A DNA stretch of 64,000 nucleotides from Candidatus Yanofskybacteria bacterium RIFCSPHIGHO2_01_FULL_41_26 (GTDB taxonomy: Bacteria; Patescibacteriota; Minisyncoccia; 2-02-FULL-40-12; GWA2-44-9): NCBI GenBank assembly GCA_001794055.1, contig MGJB01000015.1, positions 4,264-68,263 of the forward strand. The letters are read 5' to 3'. Position 1 is the first letter of the stretch. Each line of letters starts with the position of its first letter. Below, in pieces: positions 48,809 to 56,794 of the stretch. The notes beneath the pieces were generated by a model. The model saw only the letters and a list, made by a program, of their open reading frames with translations, had not been told where the DNA came from and made no database searches. Made by a program: the position numbers and the translations under genes.

Positions 48809-50446
48809 ATGAGAGCTCTTTTGTGGGCAACGGCAATAGGCCTTGTGATCATATTTTTCTTTGGATCTCAAATCCACTATTTGACCGAATATTTAACGAC
48901 GAATCAATTTGTGATTCTTGTCAGTACCTGGTTTTGGTGGCTTAGTGAGATATCGCTTCAGATATTTTTTGCGGTAGTAGTACTTGTTATAGCCATGGTA
49001 ATTTTTAGGCGTCTAACGCAAAGATCAGAAATGGTTAAAGTTATCCCGAGAAAAAATGCCGACAAAACAAAAACTTCCATTTTTTCTAAAACCAAAGAGA
49101 TTCCTAAGCCGACTGTGCGTTTTAAAGACGTAGCTGGAGTAGACGAAGCAAAAGAAGAACTTATTGAAGTGGTTGAATTTCTTAAGAATCCTCAAAAATT
49201 CGGCCGCTTGGGAGGTAGAATTCCTAAAGGTGTTTTATTGGTCGGCCCTCCGGGCGTAGGCAAAACTCTTCTTGCCAAAGCGGTGGCAGGAGAAGCCGAC
49301 AAACCATTTTATTACTATACGGGCTCTGACTTTGTTGAACAATATGTCGGCGTAGGCGCATCCAGAGCCAGGAGTTTGTTTTTAGAAGCGGAAAAAAATG
49401 CCCCTTGCATTGTTTTTATAGACGAAATCGATGCCCTTGGTAAACGAACTCTATCTGCCTCAACTGGTGGAGACAGAGAATATGATCAAACAATAAATAG
49501 TTTTCTTTCTGAAATGGATGGCTTTGAAGCCAATCGAGGCATAATGATAATTGGAGCGACAAATCGTCAAGATAATTTAGATGATGCCTTTCTAAGGCCT
49601 GGCCGATTTGACCGGATAGTCCAAGTCAATCCTCCAGACATAAAAGGACGCGAAGATATTCTTAAGGTTCATACCCGGCCTCCGGTTATTCTTTCTTCTA
49701 GCGTAAACCTTAAAAATATTGCCAAAATAACTGCCGGTTTTTCCGGAGCCGATCTGGCCAATCTCGTTAACGAAGCGGCAATAAATGCCGTCAAAAAAGA
49801 TAAGAATGCTATTGAAACTAACGATTTCGAAGAAGCAAAAGAGAAAATTAGGTTAGGCAAAGAAAATAAGTCGTTGGCCTCTGTTCTTAGCGAGGAAGAA
49901 AAATGGATCACAGCTGTTCATGAATCTGGCCATGGAATAATTGCATCTGTTTTACCGGGAGCCGACCCTCTATACAAGATCTCCATTATTCCCAGAGGAA
50001 AAGCTCTCGGTATTACCGCTCAAACCCAAGAAAGAGATAAATACAACCTAAAGAAAAGCTATTTGGAAGAGTTGATCTGTATTCTTCTTGGAGGAAGAGC
50101 GGCTGAAGAAATTATACTAGGCGAAAAAGAAATTACTGCCGGCGCTCAAAATGATTTTGAACGCGCAACCGAAATTGCAATTCACATGGTTTGTGAGTTT
50201 GGGATGAGCAAGCTTGGCCCGGTTAATTATAGAGTAGAATTCGGGTTTAACAATTCAGGTATAGTGAGCGAACAAACCAAAAGAGACATCGGCAGCACCA
50301 TTAAAGAAATCCTGGAAAATGCATACCAAAAAGTTAAAGAAATCATTGATAAAAATAAACCAAAAGTTTTAAAAATAGCCAAAGCGCTGATGGAAAAAGA
50401 GACCCTGGAAAGAGAAGAGATAGAAACATTAATCAAAGAGTCCTAA
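48809..50446 (+). CDS. ftsH: ATP-dependent zinc metalloprotease FtsH
   Basis: Two TMs, GPPGVGKT, FIDEID, RPGRFDR, HESGH. Confidence 0.95.
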   Translation: MRALLWATAIGLVIIFFFGSQIHYLTEYLTTNQFVILVSTWFWWLSEISLQIFFAVVVLVIAMVIFRRLTQRSEMVKVIPRKNADKTKTSIFSKTKEIPKPTVRFKDVAGVDEAKEELIEVVEFLKNPQKFGRLGGRIPKGVLLVGPPGVGKTLLAKAVAGEADKPFYYYTGSDFVEQYVGVGASRARSLFLEAEKNAPCIVFIDEIDALGKRTLSASTGGDREYDQTINSFLSEMDGFEANRGIMIIGATNRQDNLDDAFLRPGRFDRIVQVNPPDIKGREDILKVHTRPPVILSSSVNLKNIAKITAGFSGADLANLVNEAAINAVKKDKNAIETNDFEEAKEKIRLGKENKSLASVLSEEEKWITAVHESGHGIIASVLPGADPLYKISIIPRGKALGITAQTQERDKYNLKKSYLEELICILLGGRAAEEIILGEKEITAGAQNDFERATEIAIHMVCEFGMSKLGPVNYRVEFGFNNSGIVSEQTKRDIGSTIKEILENAYQKVKEIIDKNKPKVLKIAKALMEKETLEREEIETLIKES

Positions 50447-50459
50447 AGGACTCTTTTTA
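50434..50459 (+). terminator. Intrinsic terminator after ftsH
   Basis: aaagagtcc-taaa-ggactcttt followed by T-run. Confidence 0.7.
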
Positions 50460-50484
50460 TTATTCATCTTGAGTTTAACAAAAT

Positions 50485-50560
50485 TGGAGCCGCCTCCCAG
50501 ATTTGCACTGGGGACCTTCTCGTTACGAGTGAGATGCTCTACTGGCTGAGCTAAGGCGGC
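50485..50560 (-). tRNA. tRNA-Thr(CGT)
   Basis: GCCGCCT/AGGCGGC acceptor, loop CTCGTAA, variant T-loop TGCAAAT, CCA. Confidence 0.9.
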
Positions 50561-50624
50561 ATTGATTATATTTAGGTAATTATATCAAAAAATTCTTTTT
50601 TTACAACGCATTTTTTGATATTTT

Positions 50625-50742
50625 GAGCGGGATAGTGGATGACCTTAGAACCTATTGGCAAACCACATCCAAGTTATTTTCTATGCCGATTATGACACCA
50701 GAAAGTGCCAAACTAACCGATAATACAACGAGTGAAAATTAG
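50625..50742 (+). pseudogene. att core GAGCGGGATA plus orphan integrase C-terminal tail (older remnant)
   Basis: Core equals the tRNA-Gly 3' end; frame reads SGIVDDLRTYWQTTSKLFSMP...ENstop. Confidence 0.75.
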
Positions 50743-50744
50743 TT

Positions 50745-50954
50745 TTATAAAGACTCGAGTTTCCCTTTTAGGTCATTAAGTACTCCAATAAGTCTCCGTT
50801 TGACTTCTTCTTGGACATCTCTCGATAACCCTCGGTTTTTTACATAATTAACTAAAGACTCAGGCTGCAAAAAACTTTCTTGAGATCCGACTAGAGATTT
50901 CATAATTTCATCTGCCTCAGATAATTGATGGCTTTCTAAGTTTTCTTTTGTCAT
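50745..50954 (-). CDS. Small hypothetical protein between two att cores
   Basis: 69 aa; TTGATA-17-TATACT ends 6 nt before ATG (leaderless-like). Confidence 0.7.
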   Translation of the reverse strand: MTKENLESHQLSEADEIMKSLVGSQESFLQPESLVNYVKNRGLSRDVQEEVKRRLIGVLNDLKGKLESL

Positions 50955-50996
50955 ATTATTAGTATATACTTTCCATCTTATTATATCAAGTCTTGG

Positions 50997-51083
50997 AGCG
51001 GGATAGTGAATGACGTTAGAACCTATTGGCAGTCATCTAATGATTTGTTTTATATACCTAACTTGCCAGGGAATCAGTGTTAA
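50997..51083 (+). pseudogene. Displaced 3' end of the serine integrase gene
   Basis: Reads SGIVNDVRTYWQSSNDLFYIPNLPGNQC*, same frame across the core as integrase ...FPIM-SGI. Confidence 0.75.
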
Positions 51084-51357
51084 CTATAGCTGGCATTAAG
51101 CCCACCGATATGCCAGTGCTAAACTGAGTAACGGCTGAAGAGACAAAACTGCCTACCACGAGCCTTACTTGCGGTTGTGGTATCGCAACTTCACTAAAAG
51201 CTGTAACTGCTAAATCGGGTTTATCCATAGCCCCAAAAGAAGCTAACTGGTTATTTGCATTCTCCATTATTGGGTTGGTTATGCTATCAACCTGTCCTTT
51301 TCCAAAAATAATCATCCCCACTATTCCTAAAATTTTTCCTACATTTTTTCTATTCAT
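51058..51357 (-). CDS. Small hypothetical exported/membrane protein
   Basis: MNRKNVGKILGIVGMIIFG signal-like start. Confidence 0.5.
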   Translation of the reverse strand: MNRKNVGKILGIVGMIIFGKGQVDSITNPIMENANNQLASFGAMDKPDLAVTAFSEVAIPQPQVRLVVGSFVSSAVTQFSTGISVGLMPAIVNTDSLAS

Positions 51358-51518
51358 TACACTAAATTTATCATAAAAAAGAGTAAAAATCAATATCGTG
51401 TCCTCGTTTCGGTTCTGATAATCAAATTTTGTCTCATAGTACTCTTGCACAAAAATTTAATGTGGACTGTCAACAATGCATGATGGACAGTTTTTAAGAG
51501 CCCATGCACAACATATTT

Positions 51519-52271
51519 CTATATGGGCAACATAAATTTATTTTTATAGATATTTCTATCTTTCCAAGTAAACTTATTCCACATCGGCATTTTTATAAAA
51601 AAGTTCCCACTTCTAAATTTAATAGATTTATTTATTCTTTTGTAAACTTCTTCGGAAATACAAACCCTCAAGTCTTCTGTTGTATTAGACAAAAATCCTA
51701 AAACCGATGGCTTAGCCAGAGAAGATAGTTTTACTGCATAATTGGTGGCGTTTCCTACCCAGACCAAATCATTGTTATTTTCTCCTCGTATACCACCACG
51801 AACAACCAAAATTTTACCAACATCAACTCCTATTCCAATATCAAAATTCAATCCGAATAGTTTCTTATTTTCTCTAAAATATCCCTGAATTCTTGGCTTT
51901 AGAATTTCTTTTACAAACCAAGACATCTGTAGTCCAGCCCTGACAGCATTTGTGCATTTACTACTACCTATAAAAACTACAAGAACCCCATCTCCATTGA
52001 AACTTCGTAGTTCCCCCCCATTCCCTCTTGCTATTTGAGCAACTCCCCAAAGGAATGATTTATACATTTTTACTGCCGTTTCTCTGCGAAATGCATCAAC
52101 AATTTTAGTGGATTCTTTAATATCTATGAAAAGCATTGCAAGGTCAAGTTCCTTTCCATAATTTCCAAGTTGAATATCATCTATTTCGGGTATAACATAA
52201 CCAGAAGCAATCTCGTATTTATCTGTAAAGCAATTTCTTATCTGCTTTTCTAGTTCTTCCTTAGTAACCAT
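51519..52271 (-). CDS. Class III nucleotide cyclase, PycC-like (cyclase B)
   Basis: LFIDIKEST, RSFNGDG, IGVDVG, DLVWVGNATNYAVKL. Confidence 0.88.
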   Translation of the reverse strand: MVTKEELEKQIRNCFTDKYEIASGYVIPEIDDIQLGNYGKELDLAMLFIDIKESTKIVDAFRRETAVKMYKSFLWGVAQIARGNGGELRSFNGDGVLVVFIGSSKCTNAVRAGLQMSWFVKEILKPRIQGYFRENKKLFGLNFDIGIGVDVGKILVVRGGIRGENNNDLVWVGNATNYAVKLSSLAKPSVLGFLSNTTEDLRVCISEEVYKRINKSIKFRSGNFFIKMPMWNKFTWKDRNIYKNKFMLPI

Positions 52272-52767
52272 ATGAAAAAAAATAAACAATATAGCCTAAC
52301 AATATCAGGGCGCTTCCTGACATAAACAGAATAACGGCATATTTAAAGCGAGTGTGTTTTTCAGAGGCTATTTTAGAATTAATATAAACCTGGTTCAATA
52401 ATTCGTTCTCGTATTTGTTTTCTGTTAAATCGTCTATCTTTTTCTGATAATCAGACTTAGACATATTATTAATACTGCCGAAATATGTTACAGACAAAGA
52501 TGATTGCGGGGCGTTTAGTTTAGGACTTACGGCCAATATAGACAAAACTATACTTATTAGAAAAAAAATAATCCCAGTCAGGGATATAAAGAAAAGGGAG
52601 AGGTCGCATATTAGATAGGTTTCCTCTATTGCTCTTAAAATATGTGGGGCGATAATAGTTAGTATGATTCCTTGAAATGCCAAAAATATACTAACCTTGT
52701 GGTCTGCCGAATTAATCCATCCCTGTATTCTATTCAGTGTATCTTTTAGAAATTCAGTTTTATTCAT
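52261..52767 (-). CDS. Pycsar transmembrane effector (PycTM/DUF5706-like)
   Basis: WINSADHKVS, TM pair, P.L...YFGSI, Q...NSKIA..KH, third TM. Confidence 0.85.
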   Translation of the reverse strand: MNKTEFLKDTLNRIQGWINSADHKVSIFLAFQGIILTIIAPHILRAIEETYLICDLSLFFISLTGIIFFLISIVLSILAVSPKLNAPQSSLSVTYFGSINNMSKSDYQKKIDDLTENKYENELLNQVYINSKIASEKHTRFKYAVILFMSGSALILLGYIVYFFSYGY

Positions 52768-53585
52768 TCATCTAATTTTAATATTTCTTGACAAAAGTTC
52801 TTTCCATGTATCTCGCACCATCTAACAGGAGTCATTCTGTACGCCTTGCTGAAATCAAAATTCTTGTCTTGTTGTACATTCATAGTATCCCAAGCCTTCC
52901 TTTTTACGTCATTAGGACATCCACAAGTATGAAGAACTGATTCAGAGTTATCTTTTAGGAATACATCGAATACCCTTTCCGAAACTATCAAATCATTTTC
53001 TCCTCCGATTGAAGCAAGTTTAGCAGCCATATTAACTGGCTTTCCAGCCCAAACCTCATTGCTTTTATCTGTTTTACCCTCCATTACTCGAATCCCGATT
53101 CGCTTTACCAGGACAGTTTTTCTGTCCATTCCTATATGACAACTTAATTTTTCCATATTTTCTGGCAATACCACTTCGTCAGCCATAACAAAACCTACTA
53201 TGGTTTTGAAGGTAATTGCTGATGCCAAGGCATGATATCCACGGTTACTGTTAAAAAGCCCGAATGCTCCATCGCCTCGCACGTCAATATAAGAGGCTCC
53301 GAATTCATTTAAGACTTTCACAGCAGTACCAGTAAAATATTGGTATATGCTTGCTGTAAATTTATCTTGTTTCTGTGCGCTCAGTTGAGTAGAGTTCTTC
53401 ATGTCTATATAAACACAGACGACATCATTAAGTCTCCACCAAGTATTAGATTCGAGAGGTACAGTGTCAGTTAGAGGAATTCTATCCTTCTGCTCAACCT
53501 GCTCTCCTTGCCTAAACCTTTCTGTGGTCGAATCTATAATATTCAGAACGCTCTCAAGGAATTGATTATTTCTATTTATACTCAT
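52764..53585 (-). CDS. Class III nucleotide cyclase, PycC-like (cyclase A) with Cys/His-rich tail
   Basis: VYIDMKNST, DVRGDG, HIGMD, NEVWAGKPVNMAAKL; C-terminal CGC...WCEIHG..FC. Confidence 0.85.
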   Translation of the reverse strand: MSINRNNQFLESVLNIIDSTTERFRQGEQVEQKDRIPLTDTVPLESNTWWRLNDVVCVYIDMKNSTQLSAQKQDKFTASIYQYFTGTAVKVLNEFGASYIDVRGDGAFGLFNSNRGYHALASAITFKTIVGFVMADEVVLPENMEKLSCHIGMDRKTVLVKRIGIRVMEGKTDKSNEVWAGKPVNMAAKLASIGGENDLIVSERVFDVFLKDNSESVLHTCGCPNDVKRKAWDTMNVQQDKNFDFSKAYRMTPVRWCEIHGKNFCQEILKLDE

Positions 53586-53678
53586 GGGCAAGAATATAGC
53601 AAAAACTGGCTGAAATAGCCAGTCTTATTATCAGAAATTAAAAAGCGGATTGATATTATCGCACCGCACTTTATTCGA

Positions 53679-53876
53679 CTAAATTTGATAGCCGAATAAT
53701 CTCCAGGTAGTTTCACTATTCGGATGACATTTCATCTGATGCACTTGAATAAGTGACCTTTTGACGTTCAGATGGCAAGACGGACATCTCAAGCAGCAGG
53801 ATTCTCTGGACCTAAAACTATTTGTGTTGTGATTATTACAATCGCATTGATGAGTACAGTCTCGTGAGTGTTTCAT
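53679..53876 (-). CDS. Small Cys/His-rich (zinc-finger-like) protein
   Basis: CxxxCxC...CCxxCxxC...HxxxCH; 1-nt overlap with upstream ORF. Confidence 0.5.
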   Translation of the reverse strand: MKHSRDCTHQCDCNNHNTNSFRSRESCCLRCPSCHLNVKRSLIQVHQMKCHPNSETTWRLFGYQI

Positions 53877-54133
53877 TATACCTCCGATTTCATTGAACTT
53901 TCTTTCCAGAGAGATTCTTTTACCACATTTCCTTGTTCGTCTTTGAAAGCCACAAATATTAGTACGCCAGACCTTACACTGGCAACTCCTTGGACAAATT
54001 CAGTGAATACACGTCCATCGGGAAGAGTATGGCTGTAGAGTTGGATAGAAGGATTGGAGTCAGACCTTCCTAAATGATTTCTCTTGCAAGCCTTTGCCAT
54101 AAGTTCACATGCCCAAAGGTTGTGGGACACCAT
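53876..54133 (-). CDS. Small hypothetical protein (element cargo)
   Basis: Coupled ORF with AAGGAG SD. Confidence 0.55.
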   Translation of the reverse strand: MVSHNLWACELMAKACKRNHLGRSDSNPSIQLYSHTLPDGRVFTEFVQGVASVRSGVLIFVAFKDEQGNVVKESLWKESSMKSEV

Positions 54134-54405
54134 CATGATTGGTGGCTCCTTTTAATATCAATACCAGAAACAACACAAACAGCTTGCATTGCAAATTTTA
54201 CTGGCTCTGGAACTACGAAACCATAGGGTGTAGCGTCCTTTGGCGGTTCGGCAACTTTTTCTATATTTAATCCGCTCCCATAACCTGCATAACTAGCAGT
54301 ACCAGTAATGAGCATTGCCCCATCATTCAGGACAAGACCCATACCGCTGTCGTTATTAAAAACAAACACATCGCCAGGCTTGAAGTTGGTTCTTCTTTTT
54401 GCCAT
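54133..54405 (-). CDS. Small hypothetical protein (element cargo)
   Basis: AAGGAG SD, part of a four-gene coupled run. Confidence 0.6.
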   Translation of the reverse strand: MAKRRTNFKPGDVFVFNNDSGMGLVLNDGAMLITGTASYAGYGSGLNIEKVAEPPKDATPYGFVVPEPVKFAMQAVCVVSGIDIKRSHQS

Positions 54406-54408
54406 TCT

Positions 54409-54810
54409 TTACTCCTTCTCTTCCTCAAGATAGATATCCAGGTGATGTCCTCCAGCACAAAGTTTGATTTTCAGAACCTTGGTCTCTTTTTCAGACCATT
54501 GCACTGTGAGATGAAGTCTTTCGACCCCAGCCTCGGTTATTTTGGCTCTAACTCTTTGACAGAATACCTCTTGGTCAGGAAGTGGCATATGCGCAAATCG
54601 AGAAAAAACTTCCAAGTTATCAAAGAACAGTTCAGTACCCGTATCGACTGACGGAATACGGTAAGGTGGATTGCTTTTCTCTCCAGAGAAAGCCCTAGCC
54701 ATATTCTGTTCTCGCCATCCATCAGGAGATTCATAACCTTCAAAAAGGTCTTTCAAGTTTCCATGAACAGCATCCCTATAAGCAATGACTGGAACAGCGA
54801 CTTTTTGCAC
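54409..54810 (-). CDS. Hypothetical protein (element cargo)
   Basis: AAGGAG SD before GTG; promoter-like TTGCAA...TAGTAT upstream. Confidence 0.6.
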   Translation of the reverse strand: MQKVAVPVIAYRDAVHGNLKDLFEGYESPDGWREQNMARAFSGEKSNPPYRIPSVDTGTELFFDNLEVFSRFAHMPLPDQEVFCQRVRAKITEAGVERLHLTVQWSEKETKVLKIKLCAGGHHLDIYLEEEKE

Positions 54811-55008
54811 GTTTTACTCCTTGAATACTGCTACAACATACTACCATAGATTAGAGTTTTTGCAAGTTTGAAAACCGCATTGGTCAATACTTTTTATGGA
54901 AATTACCTGTATTTTTAGTGTAATTTATATGTAAAATCGAGTAATTTGATGTTTAAATAAAGCAATTTCGAGGCATCAGAGAATATTAAGGATATATTAT
55001 AACCAACC

Positions 55009-55471
55009 ATCTGGGCATCAGAAAAAGTTGTTCCAGATTGCTTTGACTATATAAAGTCCAATAAGCAGAGTCGACATCATAAGAAGATAAAGTCCCAAAG
55101 ACAAAACACCTCTTTTATCATCTGCCAGCGTTGCCCCTTGTAATTTTCCAACAATGATAAGGGCTAGACTGACGATTGCCACAATGTATAAAGTAAGACC
55201 TACCTCTGGTGAATACATGTTGCTGTTGCAACTGGAAAAGGGCTTTATGCCTCTAGGAACCATAAAACCCGCTACCAGGTGCAACCTTTCGGTCGCAATA
55301 TGTGGGTTTCCCCACATAACGCAGTGCATGCCCTGATAACGGGATTTATATGCACTGCGATTTGATGCCATGCCCCACAGTATCTTGTCGGGTTGTAGGC
55401 GGTTAAATTGTTAAATACATTATAACCAAATAGGGTAATTTTTCAATGAGTGGAATCTGGGCATCAGAAAA
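55009..55471. repeat. 17-bp direct repeats ATCTGGGCATCAGAAAA
   Basis: Exact copies at 55009-55025 and 55455-55471. Confidence 0.85.
55018..55218 (-). CDS. Small two-TM membrane protein
   Basis: MYSPEVGLTLYIVAIVSLAL...; start uncertain. Confidence 0.45.
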   Translation of the reverse strand: MYSPEVGLTLYIVAIVSLALIIVGKLQGATLADDKRGVLSLGLYLLMMSTLLIGLYIVKAIWNNFF

Positions 55472-55479
55472 TAAAATAC

Positions 55480-55508
55480 TTGAACTTATTGCCCAAAAAT
55501 GTTATAAT
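55480..55508 (+). promoter_or_regulatory. Strong sigma70-type promoter
   Basis: TTGAAC-17 nt-TATAAT with extended TGn -10. Confidence 0.75.
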
Positions 55509-55581
55509 GTAAGAGTAGGCTTCTGGGAATACTCCCAAGGGGTCTGTGAGAACTCAAAAACGATAGTAGGTTGCACTAGCC

Positions 55582-55721
55582 CATCAGAGTTTCATTGGTT
55601 AAGCACTGATTGCTAGTATTATTTCTCCCATTGGGTTAGGCAAAAATCCAATGAAACTCCCCAGTGAGAGGAATAATGAAAGTAATCAGTGTTTTTATTT
55701 GGTTCAGCAAGGGTTCTGATG
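55582..55721 (+). ncRNA. Candidate structured RNA in the element's non-coding control region
   Basis: Long hairpin aagcactgattgct/agtaatcagtgttt with G-U pairs on + strand; extra 12-bp complement 55587-55598/55648-55659. Confidence 0.5.
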
Positions 55722-56493
55722 AAGATAAATTAATATTCCAAAATAGAGCAATCGAGCAGGGCAACAGTTCAACTACTGACCCTGGAAACTAAGGAGCATA
55801 AGACCTTACTACAATCCTTAGGGCGTGTTTTATAGGGTTTTGAGCAGAGAGGACTACAGATGAGAAACTCTCAAAGGCGGTATCGGGCACCTATCGCCAA
55901 GACTTGAAATAAAAGGCGGCAAAATGGAATGCTGGTTAGCCAGTAATTCAAATTAGCAAACTTATATAGTTACTAAAGCGAATCTGCAGTAGGCACACAC
56001 GACATTAAAGAAGGAGTGATGTGTGGGGCAGGATAAGGAGGAAACTACAAAGCATCTGATTATATTATTTAATTATTTTAATTCTGCATGACGACAGTAT
56101 AGGATTGGCATCTGGAATGTGGGCTTTTTTAAGAGCTGGACATGCCCGAGTCGCTTCGCAGGCTCCAGCCCTGAAGCGAAGCCCTACGAGGGCAGTCAGC
56201 GAGGACGTGTCCGAGATGAGACAGCCCGCCACATGTAGAGGGCGGCTTTTATATCACGACTCAACCTTATGCTGACGACATACTACCATTTGGAGTTTAA
56301 CTACTAGAACAAAACCTATCATAGGTTGCGAAATGTATGCCCAATATGGCTACTACTATAAACCTCGTATAAACAAAGAAAATAAGCGCATTTTTACTGA
56401 GTTTCTTCCGTAATATTGGGTTGTCATCTATTTGAATAGTTTCTTGGTGAGTTGTTGGTTGTTAGAATTAAGGTACCGCTGGAAGGCGGTTTT

Positions 56494-56688
56494 ATGTTAT
56501 CAAAAAACGCATTACAAGAATTCAAGATTGTTTGGAAAGAAGAATTTGGCGAAGACTTGCCAGATAACTTAGCCCTTGAGGAAGGGGTCAATCTTCTAAC
56601 TCTACTCGACCAGATTTATCGTCCCGTCAAAAAAGAATGGATGGATGAAAAGGACAAGAGTGATTTTCCAGATTTACCCGCCCCTTAA
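56494..56688 (+). CDS. Small helical protein upstream of the serine integrase
   Basis: MLSKNALQEFKIVWKEEFGEDL...LLTLLDQIYRP; co-oriented with the integrase. Confidence 0.7.
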   Translation: MLSKNALQEFKIVWKEEFGEDLPDNLALEEGVNLLTLLDQIYRPVKKEWMDEKDKSDFPDLPAP

Positions 56689-56794
56689 AAGAGTTTTGGC
56701 TGTATTTAGTTAACTTTAATTTTAAGCCAATTTTCCTTTGTATTCTCAGGTTATTTAAGGTAAAATGATAGTATAAAGCGAGTGGCAACCTAAC

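Noticed and set aside
50485-50560. tRNA-Thr as a pseudogene or integration site because of its TGCAAAT T-loop
   Set aside because: Acceptor, D and T stems pair fully and CCA is encoded; no duplicated 3' end was found around ftsH.
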